Source: Vicinamibacteria bacterium
GTDB taxonomy: Bacteria; Acidobacteriota; Vicinamibacteria; Marinacidobacterales; Marinacidobacteraceae
Direction: 5' to 3'
Length of the DNA: 64,000 bases
NCBI GenBank assembly: GCA_963555995.3
Contig: OY821641.1
Span: 832,001-896,000 of the forward strand
Shown here one piece after another: positions 39,506 to 49,353 of this stretch; positions within the stretch are counted from its first letter, which is position 1, and the number at the start of each line of letters is the position of its first letter. A program made the position numbers and the translations under genes. The notes under the pieces were generated by a model that was given only the letters and a program-made list of their open reading frames with translations, was not told where the DNA came from and did no database searches.

Positions 39506-42500
39506 GTGAGGATCGAGCGGCTCGAGATCGCCGGGTTCAAGAGCTTCGCCGAACCGGTGACACTCGAGTTCGGACAGGGCGCCACCGCGGTGGTGGGGCC
39601 GAACGGCTGCGGCAAGAGCAACATCGCGGACGCGGTCTTCTGGGTGCTCGGCGAGTTGGGCGCCGGCACCATCCGGGCGCGGGGGAAGGAGCTCATCTTC
39701 AGCGGGAGCGCTCTCCGGGAACCCCTCGGGGTCGCCGAGGTACGGCTGCACGTCAGCGGCGCCCGGGGTTCACGCCCGACCGAGGCCCAAAACGGCGCCG
39801 CGGGCAACGGTGCGGATTCCGTCGCCGGAAACGGCGCCTCGCCCGCGGGCGGCGCGCTCCCGGAGACCCCGTGCAACGGCGCCGCTGCCGGAACCGCGCC
39901 CGAAAACGGCGCGGCGGCCGGCGGGTTGCAGCGCGACGTGGTGGTCGGGCGCCGGGTGGACGCCAGCGGACAGTCGGTCTACGAGATGGACGGCCGCCGG
40001 TGCACCCGGCGGGACATCCGGCGGCTGTTCGCCGGCACCGGACTCGGTCCCGGGTCCTACGCGCTGATCGAGCAGGGGCGCGCCAACGAGGTGCTCAGCC
40101 GCAAGCCCGCCGATCTGCGGCTGCTGGTGGACGAAGCGGTGGGGCTCGGCGCCTACCGCCTGAACCGGCGGGAGAGCGAGGCGAACCTGCGGGCGGCCGA
40201 GAAGGCGCTCGAGCGGGTACGCGAGCGGCTGCGGGAACTGGACCGCTTCATCCGGGTGGCGCGGCGCGACTCGCGAACCGCGACCCGGGTCCGGGAAGCC
40301 TCGGATCAGGCGCGGCTGCTCGGCGTTGCCGAAAAGGCGGCGCGGCGCGAGGAACTCCTCACCCGCATCCGCGAGAACGCCGCTCCGGGAGAGGCCCTCG
40401 GCGCGGAGCGCGCCCGGCGGTCCCGGAGCCTTCGGGCCTTCGAACGGTTCGTGGAGGCGCTTCGGGAGCAGGTCGCCGGCACCGAAGTCGAACTTCGCGA
40501 AGCCACCCGGGAGATCGGGGACCTGAGGGCGCGCCGGGCCCACGCGGCGGCGCTCCTCGACGAAGGCGCCCGCGCCGCCGAGGGCCGCGCCGCGCAGGTC
40601 TCCCGTCTGGACACGGAGGCCACCACGCTCGGCGCCCGGCTGGACGATCTCGAAACCGAGCGGAAGGAGAGCGAGCGGCGCGCCGGGGAGTTCCCCGACC
40701 GGCTCGCCGAGCTGACCGAGGCGGCCGCCGCGCGGGCGGCGGCCAGGGATCGCGCGCTGGGCGAGGAACGCGAGGCCCACGCCCTCCTGTGGGAACTGCG
40801 GCGGGAAGTGGATCGCCTGCGGGCGAGCGTCCGGTCGTTCCGCTTGTCACGGGACCAGTACGCGGCCCGGCGCGAGCGGCTGTCGGCGGCCGGACTGGGA
40901 CTCGCGGGGAGCCGCCGGGAACTCGCCGCCCGCCTCGATCACGCGACCGGGGGCCTCTCCGCGGCGCGGGAGCGGGTCCGGGCGCAGGAGGACGAGATCA
41001 GCGGGTTGCGTGGCCGGTTGGAGACCGCCGAGGCGGCGTGGCGCGCCGCGACCGCCGCGGCGGAGGCGGCGCGCGGCGAGGAGGCTCAGGCCGAGAAGGA
41101 CCAGGCCGCCCTGTCGGCCCGCCGCCGGTCGCTCGAGGCGCTGGTCGCTTCGCGCAACCAACTGGGGGAAGGCGCCGCGAAACTCGTCGAGGCGGCCCAC
41201 CGCCGCGGGCTCGCGCCGGGCGGCGCGCTCGGAGAGTTGGTGGAGGTGGATCCGGGATACGAGCTGGCGGCGGAACGGCTCCTCGGCGTTCACCGGATCC
41301 GGATCGAGCGCGTGGCCGACGTCGCGGAACTCGTCGAGGAACTGGGCGGCCCGGAGGCCGGTCCGTCCGAGGTCCTGGTATCCGAGCTGCTCGACGCCTG
41401 CGGTTCTCGGGAGCGGCCGGCGTCCGGCGGGGCCGACCGGTTGGGCGACCATCTGAAACCGGCGGATGCGAGGCTTGGTCCGGTCATTCCGGACGCGGTG
41501 GTCACCACCGATCTCGCGGAGGCGCTCGCCGCCTTCCTGAAGGAACCCGGCGCCTACGTGGCGCGGGACGGGGCCAGCGTGACGCCCCCGGGAGTCGTGC
41601 GGTTCGGACGGGGCGGGCCGGGCGAGGGTTTCCTGAGCACGCGGCGCGAAGTGGCCGAACTCGAAGCCAGGGAGCGTGAGGGAGCCCGGCGGTTGGCCCG
41701 GCTGGCCCGCGCCTCGGCTGGCGCCCGGGCGGCGGCGGACAAGGCGCGATCCGCGGTCGAAGGACTGGGGCAGACGCTCGCGCGGGCGGAGAACCTCGCC
41801 CACCGGCTCCAGCTCGACGCGGACCGGCGCGAGGAAACCGTCGAAGATGTCTCGAAGCGGATCGAAGAACTGGAAGCGGAGGTCTCCCGTCACGGCGAGG
41901 AAGCGGAGGGCAACGAGGAGGCGGACGCCCGCGCGGCCGAGCTCCTCGCCCGCGACGAGGCGCGACTCGGGGAAGCGTCCCGCGAACTCGGCGAGCGGGA
42001 GGGGACCCATGCGGCCCTCCGGCGCGAGCTGGAGGCCCGCGAGGGCGAATGGCGCGACGCGGACCGTGAACTGGCGCGCCAGAACGCGGTGGCCGACGAG
42101 GTCGCGGGCCGGGCGCGCGCCCTGGCGCGGCAGGTTCGGGACGACCGCCAGCGGCTGGAACGGATCCGCGCCGAGCGCGCGGCGGCCGGCCGCGACGAAG
42201 AGGAATGGCGGACGCGGCGGGCCTCCGCCGTGCGCGAACGGGAGGCGGCCGAAACCGCCGTCCGGGACCGGGAAGCCCGGGAAGCGGCGCTGGCGGGCGT
42301 GGCCGCGGACCTGCGGACCCGCCTTGAAGGCGCCGTGGAGGCGGCGCGTCTCAGGACGGCGGAGCTCCGCGACCTCGAAGAGAGGTTGCACGAGCTCCGA
42401 TCGGGAACCCAGGAAGCCCAGGGGCTCCTGCGGGAGCTGGAGGACGAGTTCCAGCGCTCCCGCGGACGTTCGCTCGCCGAGGAGGCCGCGCGCCTGCCGG

Positions 42501-43429
42501 CGTCGCTCCAGGGCCGGTCCCGCGAAGCGCTCGCGGAGGAGGTTTCCCAGGTGCAGGACCGCATCCGGCAACTCGGTCCGGTGAACGAGATCGCCGAAGC
42601 GCGGCTCCGCGAACTGCAGGCGGAACGCCGCGAGCCCGAATCGAACCTCCAGGACGTGGAAGCGGGGATCGCCGACGGCCTTGCCGCGATCCGCCGCCAG
42701 GACCGGGAGGCCCGCCGCATCTTCCGCGAGGGTTTCGAAGCGGTCAGCGCCGGGTTCGACGAGGCCTTCCGGCAACTCTTCGGGGGCGGCCGCGCCGAAC
42801 TGCGGCTGGTCGCGACGCCCGGCCCTCCCGGCCTCCAGGAGTCGGAAGACGCGGCGCAAGGGACCGGCCGGGGCGCTGATCCCGCGGGCGGGGATCCCGG
42901 AGCGCCGGCTTCCGCGAGCTCGGGAAACGGGGTCGGCGAAGCGGCGGATGCGGGGCTTGCCGGAGAGTTCGAGGCCTGGAACGGCGGGCGGTCGCTCGCG
43001 CCGGAAATGCCGGTGGACGCCCAGTTCGGGGTGGAGATCGTGGCCCAGCCGCCCGGCAAGAAGCTGCAGAGCGTCCGCCTCCTCTCGGGCGGGGAAAAGG
43101 CCATGACGGCCATTGCCTTCCTCATCGCGCTCTTCCGGTATCGTCCGGCGCCCTTCTGCCTCCTGGACGAAGTGGATGCTCCGCTCGACGATGCGAACGT
43201 GCAGCGGTTCGCGTCCATGCTGGACGAACTCAAGCGGGATACGCAGCTCGTGGTCATCACCCACAACCGGCTGACCATGGAGGCGTGCGAGCATCTCTAT
43301 GGAGTCACGATGGAGGAGCCCGGTGTCTCCCGGCTGATCTCGATGCAGCTCGGCGCCGACGTGGAGAACTGGATCGCCGCGGCGGCGGACCCGGACCGCG
43401 CGGACGGCGCCGCCGCCCTGTCCGCTTAG
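39506..43429 (+). CDS. smc: chromosome segregation protein SMC
   Basis: GFKSFA, GPNGCGKSN, long coiled coils, LGPVN, LSGGEKA, LLDEVDAPLD, ITHN; GTG start 39506. Confidence 0.93.
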   Translation: MRIERLEIAGFKSFAEPVTLEFGQGATAVVGPNGCGKSNIADAVFWVLGELGAGTIRARGKELIFSGSALREPLGVAEVRLHVSGARGSRPTEAQNGAAGNGADSVAGNGASPAGGALPETPCNGAAAGTAPENGAAAGGLQRDVVVGRRVDASGQSVYEMDGRRCTRRDIRRLFAGTGLGPGSYALIEQGRANEVLSRKPADLRLLVDEAVGLGAYRLNRRESEANLRAAEKALERVRERLRELDRFIRVARRDSRTATRVREASDQARLLGVAEKAARREELLTRIRENAAPGEALGAERARRSRSLRAFERFVEALREQVAGTEVELREATREIGDLRARRAHAAALLDEGARAAEGRAAQVSRLDTEATTLGARLDDLETERKESERRAGEFPDRLAELTEAAAARAAARDRALGEEREAHALLWELRREVDRLRASVRSFRLSRDQYAARRERLSAAGLGLAGSRRELAARLDHATGGLSAARERVRAQEDEISGLRGRLETAEAAWRAATAAAEAARGEEAQAEKDQAALSARRRSLEALVASRNQLGEGAAKLVEAAHRRGLAPGGALGELVEVDPGYELAAERLLGVHRIRIERVADVAELVEELGGPEAGPSEVLVSELLDACGSRERPASGGADRLGDHLKPADARLGPVIPDAVVTTDLAEALAAFLKEPGAYVARDGASVTPPGVVRFGRGGPGEGFLSTRREVAELEAREREGARRLARLARASAGARAAADKARSAVEGLGQTLARAENLAHRLQLDADRREETVEDVSKRIEELEAEVSRHGEEAEGNEEADARAAELLARDEARLGEASRELGEREGTHAALRRELEAREGEWRDADRELARQNAVADEVAGRARALARQVRDDRQRLERIRAERAAAGRDEEEWRTRRASAVREREAAETAVRDREAREAALAGVAADLRTRLEGAVEAARLRTAELRDLEERLHELRSGTQEAQGLLRELEDEFQRSRGRSLAEEAARLPASLQGRSREALAEEVSQVQDRIRQLGPVNEIAEARLRELQAERREPESNLQDVEAGIADGLAAIRRQDREARRIFREGFEAVSAGFDEAFRQLFGGGRAELRLVATPGPPGLQESEDAAQGTGRGADPAGGDPGAPASASSGNGVGEAADAGLAGEFEAWNGGRSLAPEMPVDAQFGVEIVAQPPGKKLQSVRLLSGGEKAMTAIAFLIALFRYRPAPFCLLDEVDAPLDDANVQRFASMLDELKRDTQLVVITHNRLTMEACEHLYGVTMEEPGVSRLISMQLGADVENWIAAAADPDRADGAAALSA

Positions 43430-43611
43430 CAGCCTGTGCCAAAAGTCACGCGGCATTCGAAGGGCGATGCATCCCGGCTGAACCGGGCCGCTCCGCGCCC
43501 CTCATCGTTGCGTTTCGGTCGGAATACACCCGGTATTCCTCCCTCACGCGCCTTGTCAGCCGGGCGCCTCACCCTTCTCGGTGCTCACGTCACTTTCACC
43601 ACAGGCTGCTA
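43427..43611 (-). mobile_element. MITE copy (inverted) at the smc stop codon
   Basis: TAG of smc = flanking TA + first base of the element; ends 7 bp before the next GTG. Confidence 0.85.
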
Positions 43612-43618
43612 ACCGCCT

Positions 43619-44641
43619 GTGACTGGCGTCGGGCGCGCGGGAGGAGCGGCCCGCCTGCCCCGGCGGGCGATGGTGTTCGCCGCCGGACGGGGCGAGCGGC
43701 TGGGTCCCCTGACCAGGGACCGGGCCAAACCGGCGCTTCCCTTCTGCGGGGCGCCCCTGCTGACCCGGCTGCTGCGCTGGCTCACCGCCGCCGGGGTGAA
43801 CGACGTGGTCGTGAACCTCCACCACCGTCCGGAAACGCTGGAACCGCTCCTGGTTGCGGCGGAGCGCACCATGCCCGGCCTCGCCATCGGGCGGTCGCCC
43901 GAGCCGGAACTGCTCGGCACTTCGGGCGGGCTGTCGCGCGCCGCGGCGCGCTTCGGACTCGGAAGCGACGCCGGCGGGCCGCTGCTCGTCCTGAACGGCG
44001 ACACGCTCCCCACCTTCGACCTCCGGGCGATGGCCCGTTTCCACGGGGCGGCGGGTGGTGAAGCCACTCTGCTCTCCGACCCGGAACCGGGTCCGGAGTT
44101 CGCCGGCGAGCGCCGCCTGGAGACCGGCGAGGACGGCGTCATCACCGGGCTGAGCGGACCGGGAGGACCGGGACTCGGCTTTTCGGGCGTGTGGCTGCTG
44201 GAGCCGGCGGCGCTCCGCCACCTGCACGGCGGCCCGGGAGGTCTCTCGCGGGACCTCCTGCCCGGGCTGATCGCCGCAGGGACGGCGCGGGCCTTCCCGA
44301 GCCGGGCCCCGTGGTTCGAAATCGGGACTCCGCGGCGCTACCTCGAGGCCTCCCGGCGCGCGCTGGAAGACGGAGCGCTGCCCGAGACCCGGACCGGGCC
44401 GGCAGGGACCGGGCCGGTTCGCAAGGAGGAGGGCGCCGGGGGGCGCCGACCGGAACTGATCGGCGCGGGGAGCGCCATCGGCGAAGCGGCGCGCGTCGAG
44501 GGGTCGCTGCTTCTCGAAGGCGTCCGGATCGGGGCGCGCGCCGTCGTCCGGGACTCGATCGTGGCCGCCTCGGAAAGCGTGCCGGCCGGCGCCCGGATCG
44601 AGGCCGCGCTCTTCGCCGACGGCGCTGCGATGCCGCTATGA
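43619..44641 (+). CDS. sugar-phosphate nucleotidyltransferase (MurU-like)
   Basis: AMVFAAGRGERLGPLT..KPALP, VVVNLHH, LLGTSGG, LNGD, WFEIGTP; next to an AmgK-like kinase. Confidence 0.8.
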   Translation: MTGVGRAGGAARLPRRAMVFAAGRGERLGPLTRDRAKPALPFCGAPLLTRLLRWLTAAGVNDVVVNLHHRPETLEPLLVAAERTMPGLAIGRSPEPELLGTSGGLSRAAARFGLGSDAGGPLLVLNGDTLPTFDLRAMARFHGAAGGEATLLSDPEPGPEFAGERRLETGEDGVITGLSGPGGPGLGFSGVWLLEPAALRHLHGGPGGLSRDLLPGLIAAGTARAFPSRAPWFEIGTPRRYLEASRRALEDGALPETRTGPAGTGPVRKEEGAGGRRPELIGAGSAIGEAARVEGSLLLEGVRIGARAVVRDSIVAASESVPAGARIEAALFADGAAMPL

Positions 44642-44669
44642 CGACGGTCCTTTCTGCGGGAGCCCCGCC

Positions 44670-45797
44670 GTGCCGGTAGGCGTGATCGCCCCGAAGGCGC
44701 CGGGTTCGGACGCCCGGACGCGGCTGGACGTCTTTCTGCGCCGGTCCCGCAGCCTGGCCCCCGACCTCCGCACCGGGGTAGCGGTCGAGCCGCTCGTGAA
44801 GGAGGCCGGCGAGCGGGTCTATTTCCGGATTCGGCCCGCGCGCCGAACGCCCGCGGCCGCCGGGGAGCAGGAGGTGGCGACGGTCGTGCTCTGCGTCATG
44901 GCCGAGCCGTACGCGCCGGGTTCGCTGCCGTTCGCGAACTCCACCCTGCTCTACCGGGAACTGGGAGTCCGGACGCCCCGGATCCTGGAAGAGGCTCCGG
45001 AACTCGGAGTGATCGCTCTCGAGGACCTGGGGGACGAACTCCTGCAGGTGGTGGCGGCCGGGGGCGGCGCTGACGCGGCGGTGCTCTACGACGAAGCCGT
45101 GGACATCATCGCCCGGATCCAGCGGGAAGGGGCGCGCCTCGCCGGGACGCCGGCGGCGAGCGGCTTCCGGGCCTTTTCCGCCCGGCTCGACGCCGAGCTC
45201 TTCTCGCGCGAACTGCGGTTCTTCGCCGAGCACTTCCTGGGCGGGTACCCCGGTCTCAAGCTGAGCGGGCCGGCGCGCGGCGAGCTCGAGTCCCTGTTCG
45301 CGGCGCTCGCGGAGGAAGCGGCCGGCGGTCCGGCGGCGCTGGCCCACCGGGACTTCCACTCGCGCAACCTGATCGCCGGCGACGATCCCGCCGCGTCCGG
45401 CGCGCCCCGCGTTCTCCGGGTGATTGATCACCAGGACTCCCGCATCGGACCGCGCTTCTACGACCTGATGTCGCTGGTCCGCGATCCGTACGTGGCGGGC
45501 GGCGGCGTCCCACCGCCGCCGTTTCGGGAACCGGACCTGGTCGCCCGCTTTCGGGATGCGGCCGGGGTTCGCGGAAGTCCCTCGGAGCTGCTCGCCGAAC
45601 TCGACGCGGTCGCGCTCCAGCGGAACCTCAAGGCGCTCGGGACCTACGGGTTCCAGGTTGCCCGCCGGGGCAACGACGTCTACCGCGCCTACGTCGCCCC
45701 GACCCTGCGCATGGTCCGCGAGAACCTCGAGCGCCACTCGGGGCGCGCCGACCGGCGGCGCCTCGGGCTTCTCCTCGCGGACATCCCCGCCGGCTGA
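44670..45797 (+). CDS. aminoglycoside-phosphotransferase-family kinase (AmgK-like anomeric MurNAc/GlcNAc kinase)
   Basis: [47 protein letters not shown]. Confidence 0.85.
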   Translation: MPVGVIAPKAPGSDARTRLDVFLRRSRSLAPDLRTGVAVEPLVKEAGERVYFRIRPARRTPAAAGEQEVATVVLCVMAEPYAPGSLPFANSTLLYRELGVRTPRILEEAPELGVIALEDLGDELLQVVAAGGGADAAVLYDEAVDIIARIQREGARLAGTPAASGFRAFSARLDAELFSRELRFFAEHFLGGYPGLKLSGPARGELESLFAALAEEAAGGPAALAHRDFHSRNLIAGDDPAASGAPRVLRVIDHQDSRIGPRFYDLMSLVRDPYVAGGGVPPPPFREPDLVARFRDAAGVRGSPSELLAELDAVALQRNLKALGTYGFQVARRGNDVYRAYVAPTLRMVRENLERHSGRADRRRLGLLLADIPAG

Positions 45798-45825
45798 AAC
45801 GTACACTCCCGCCCCGGCGGATTCC

Positions 45826-47187
45826 ATGACTGAGCAACCCCCTGACCCCACGCCGGCGGGATCCTGGAAGGACCGGCGCCTCCCGACGATCGCGTCCCTC
45901 AACCGGAAGCTGGCCCCGGACACCACCGACGCGGGAGTGCCGGCCACCCTGCGGGGATGGCTGGCCGGGCGGCGCTCGAGCGGCAAGCTGCTGTTCCTGA
46001 ACTTCCGGGACGGTTCGGGTTTCGCGCAGGTCGTCGTCGCGAAGGCGGCGGTTCCCGCCGAGGCCTTCGAGAGCGCCCGGCACGCTCCGCTGGAGAGCGC
46101 CGTCGAGATTGCCGGCGCCGCGTTTCGGGAGCCGCGCGCCCCCGGAGGGATGGAGGTCCGCGCGTCGGGCTTCCGGATCCTCCACGCCGCCGATCCCTAT
46201 CCGATCACGCCCAAGGAACACGGCGCCTCGTTCCTGCTGGACCACCGGCACCTGTGGCTCCGGTCCCGAAAACAGCACGCGCTCCTGCGGATCCGCGACG
46301 AGGTCCTGTACTCGTTCCGCGAGTACCTGCGGGAACAGGAGTTCGTGAACGCCGACACGCCGATCTTCACTCCGAACGCCTGCGAGGGGACGACCACGCT
46401 CTTCGAGACCCGCTACTTCGACCGCCAGGCGTACCTGAGCCAGAGCGGCCAGCTCTACAACGAGGCCGTGGCCATGTCGGTGGGGCGGACCTATTGCCTG
46501 GGGCCCACGTTCCGGGCCGAGAAGTCGAAGACCCGCCGGCATCTCATCGAGTTCTGGATGCTGGAGCCGGAGGTCGCCTTCGCGGAACTGCCGGACATCA
46601 TGGACCTCGCCGAGGGGCTGATCTGCCACGCGGTCTCCCGGGTGCTGGAGAACCGCGCCGCGGAGCTCGAGATCCTCGAGCGCGACCCCGGGCCCCTGCG
46701 CCGGATCCGGGCGCCGTTCCCCCGGGTCACCTACGACGAGGCGGCGGAGATCCTGGCCCGCAAGGGGACTGGCTTCACGCCGGGAGACGACTTCGGGGCG
46801 CAGGACGAGACGGCGCTCACCGAGGACCTCGACCGGCCGCTCTGCGTGACCCACTTTCCCGCCGCCATCAAGGCGTTCTACATGGAGCCCGATCCGGAAC
46901 GTCCCGACCGGGTCCTCTGCCTCGACATCATCGCGCCCGAGGGCTACGGCGAGGTGGTCGGCGGCGGCCAGCGCATCCACGACCAGGAACTCCTGCGCCG
47001 GCGGGTCCGGGAACACGGCCTGCCCGAGGACGCCTTCGAGTGGTATCTCGACCTCCGCCGCTACGGAACGACGCCCCACTCCGGGTTCGGGCTCGGCATC
47101 GAACGGTTCGTCGCCTGGATGTCCGGCCTGTCGCACCTCCGGGAAGCGATCCCGTTCCCGCGCACGCTCTACCGCCTGGCGCCATGA
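45826..47187 (+). CDS. asnS: asparagine--tRNA ligase
   Basis: [50 protein letters not shown]. Confidence 0.96.
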   Translation: MTEQPPDPTPAGSWKDRRLPTIASLNRKLAPDTTDAGVPATLRGWLAGRRSSGKLLFLNFRDGSGFAQVVVAKAAVPAEAFESARHAPLESAVEIAGAAFREPRAPGGMEVRASGFRILHAADPYPITPKEHGASFLLDHRHLWLRSRKQHALLRIRDEVLYSFREYLREQEFVNADTPIFTPNACEGTTTLFETRYFDRQAYLSQSGQLYNEAVAMSVGRTYCLGPTFRAEKSKTRRHLIEFWMLEPEVAFAELPDIMDLAEGLICHAVSRVLENRAAELEILERDPGPLRRIRAPFPRVTYDEAAEILARKGTGFTPGDDFGAQDETALTEDLDRPLCVTHFPAAIKAFYMEPDPERPDRVLCLDIIAPEGYGEVVGGGQRIHDQELLRRRVREHGLPEDAFEWYLDLRRYGTTPHSGFGLGIERFVAWMSGLSHLREAIPFPRTLYRLAP

Positions 47188-48569
47188 CGCCCGTCCGGAC
47201 TCCTCGCGTAGGGCTCGTGAGCCTCGGCTGCGCGAAGAACCTGCTCGACAGCGAGGTCATGGCCGGCGTCCTCACGAACCGGGGTTTCGAGATGACCGCC
47301 GATCCGGCGAGCGCCGACGCGCTGGTTGTGAACACCTGCGGGTTCATCGGCCCGGCCAAGGAAGAGGGGATCAACACGATCCTGGACCTCGCCCGCCTCA
47401 AGCGCGAGGGCCGCTGCCGCCGGCTGGTGGTCGCCGGATGCCTGGCGCAGCGCTACGCGGGGGAACTCGCCCGCGAGATCCCCGAGATTGACGCGGTGAT
47501 CGGGCTTGACGAGGTCGAGCGCATCGCCGACGTGCTGGCCGCCCCCGGGCGCCGCACCCCGCCGCTCCGGGCCGACCAGTCGGTCACCTGGCTCTACGAC
47601 CACACCACGCCCCGCATCCGCTCGACTCCGTCCCACACCGCCTACATCAAGGTGGCGGAGGGATGCGACTACCCCTGTTCCTTCTGCGTGATCCCGCAGA
47701 TCCGCGGGCATTTCCGCAGCCGCGATCCGGATTCGGTGCTCGCCGAGGCGGCCTCGCTCGCCGCGACGGGGACCCGGGAACTGGTGCTGGTGGCCCAGGA
47801 CACGACGGCCTACGGCACGGACCTCGGCATCCGGCGCGGGCTCGCGCGGCTGTTGCGCGCACTGGCCGGGGTCGAGGGCATCGCCTGGGTGCGGTTCCTC
47901 TACGCCTACCCGACGACGCTCGATGACGAGGTGCTGTCGGCGATGGCGGAGGTCCCCGAGGTCTGCCGCTACGTGGACATCCCATTGCAGCACGCGAGCC
48001 GGCGGGTCCTCCGGGACATGCGCCGTCCCGGAAACCGGCAAAGCAACGAACGCCTGCTGGCGAGGATCCGCGACGCGGTTCCCGGCGTCGCGATTCGGAG
48101 CACCTTCATCGTCGGGTTTCCGGGGGAGACCGAAGACGAGTTCCGGGAACTCTTCGATTTCGTGGAAGCGGCGCGCTTCGACGCGATGGGGGCGTTCGTC
48201 TATTCCAACGAGGAGTCCGCGACGTCGTACGTGGAGGAGGAAGTGGTCTCGGAGACGGAGAAGGAAGACCGCCGGGCCCGCCTGATGGAGTTGCAGCGCG
48301 GCATCGCGCTGGCGCGGCACCGCGAAATGGTCGGGAGCGTCCTGCCGGTGCTGGTGGATGGGGCCGCCGAGGAAAGCGAGCTGCTCACGGCCGGCCGCAC
48401 CGAGGGGCAGGCGCCCGACGTGGATGCCCGGGTCCTCATCGTGGACGGGGACGCGCCGGCGGGCCGGTTCGTGGACGTGGAGATCACCGAAGCGCATCCC
48501 GAGGACCTGGTGGGTCACGCGCTCCCGGGCGGCGCCGCGGAAACGGTGCGGGCCACCGCGACCGCGTGA
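47184..48569 (+). CDS. rimO: ribosomal protein S12 methylthiotransferase
   Basis: [56 protein letters not shown]. Confidence 0.95.
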   Translation: MTPVRTPRVGLVSLGCAKNLLDSEVMAGVLTNRGFEMTADPASADALVVNTCGFIGPAKEEGINTILDLARLKREGRCRRLVVAGCLAQRYAGELAREIPEIDAVIGLDEVERIADVLAAPGRRTPPLRADQSVTWLYDHTTPRIRSTPSHTAYIKVAEGCDYPCSFCVIPQIRGHFRSRDPDSVLAEAASLAATGTRELVLVAQDTTAYGTDLGIRRGLARLLRALAGVEGIAWVRFLYAYPTTLDDEVLSAMAEVPEVCRYVDIPLQHASRRVLRDMRRPGNRQSNERLLARIRDAVPGVAIRSTFIVGFPGETEDEFRELFDFVEAARFDAMGAFVYSNEESATSYVEEEVVSETEKEDRRARLMELQRGIALARHREMVGSVLPVLVDGAAEESELLTAGRTEGQAPDVDARVLIVDGDAPAGRFVDVEITEAHPEDLVGHALPGGAAETVRATATA

Positions 48570-48688
48570 ACCGGGCCGCGTGACGCTTTCGACGGACGCC
48601 TGACCGGATTCCGCCGGGGCCTGTCGGCGGGTCCCGGCCGGTTCCCGCGGCGGCGAATCGCCCGTTCTGCGGCGATTTCGGCGTGGGG

Positions 48689-48740
48689 TATACTCAGTCG
48701 TTCGGGTGCGGCCGGGGTGGGGTCGCTCCCGTTTTTCTTT
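48689..48740 (+). promoter_or_regulatory. putative -10 box (TATACT) and GGG..CCC + U-tract leader hairpin of the rimP operon
   Basis: TATACT at 48689-48694; GTGGGGTCGCTCCCGTTTTTCTTT resembles the hairpin/U-run usually found ahead of rimP. Confidence 0.4.
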
Positions 48741-48805
48741 CCGGACCCGTCGCGCTTCGGTGCGGCGGGTTTTCTCCGATTCCCCAATCTCGAGAGGCTC
48801 TACGC

Positions 48806-49348
48806 ATTTCGCAGGAAGAAACCGACCCGCCGCTCCTTCGTCAGGCGGGCGACGACCTCACCGCAGACATCGAAAGACTGGCCCGAAGGGCGGCGGCGAG
48901 TGCTCAGGTCGAGTTGGCATGGATCGAGATCAAGGGACCCCGCAGCGGCCGGCGCGTACGCGTCTTCATCGAGCGGCCCGACGATCCAGTCGGGCTGGGC
49001 GATTGCGAGCGGGTGAACGAGAAGCTCTCGGCGCTGCTCGATCTGGAGGATCCGATCCCCGGTTCCTACACGTTGGAAGTGAGCACCCCGGGGCTCGACC
49101 GCCCGTTGCACTCGGTCGAGGAATGCCGGCGGTTCCTCGGGCGTCGGGTCCGGATTCGCCACCGGACGGAGAGCCGGCCGGACACGGTGACCGGAACCCT
49201 CCAGGCGGTGAACGCGGACGCCGTCCTCTGCCTGAATGGGCCCGGCGGCGAGCGGCGGATCGCCTGGAACGCGGTGGTCGCCGCTCGTCTCGCTCCGGAC
49301 TACGCCGCCCTGCTCGGAAGAAGTCCCGGCGAACGGAGGCGCCCGTAG
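48806..49348 (+). CDS. rimP: ribosome maturation factor RimP (start uncertain: ATT 48806 or GTG 48683)
   Basis: VRVFIE, DCERV..LSALLD.EDPI..YTLEVSTPGLDRPL; upstream of nusA. Confidence 0.9.
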   Translation: MSQEETDPPLLRQAGDDLTADIERLARRAAASAQVELAWIEIKGPRSGRRVRVFIERPDDPVGLGDCERVNEKLSALLDLEDPIPGSYTLEVSTPGLDRPLHSVEECRRFLGRRVRIRHRTESRPDTVTGTLQAVNADAVLCLNGPGGERRIAWNAVVAARLAPDYAALLGRSPGERRRP

Positions 49349-49353
49349 ATCTG

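Noticed and set aside
44638-44679. ATG overlapping the murU-like stop as a frameshifted start of the amgK-like gene
   Set aside because: It is out of frame, but in-frame GTGs at 44670 and 44682 precede all conserved motifs, so no frameshift is needed
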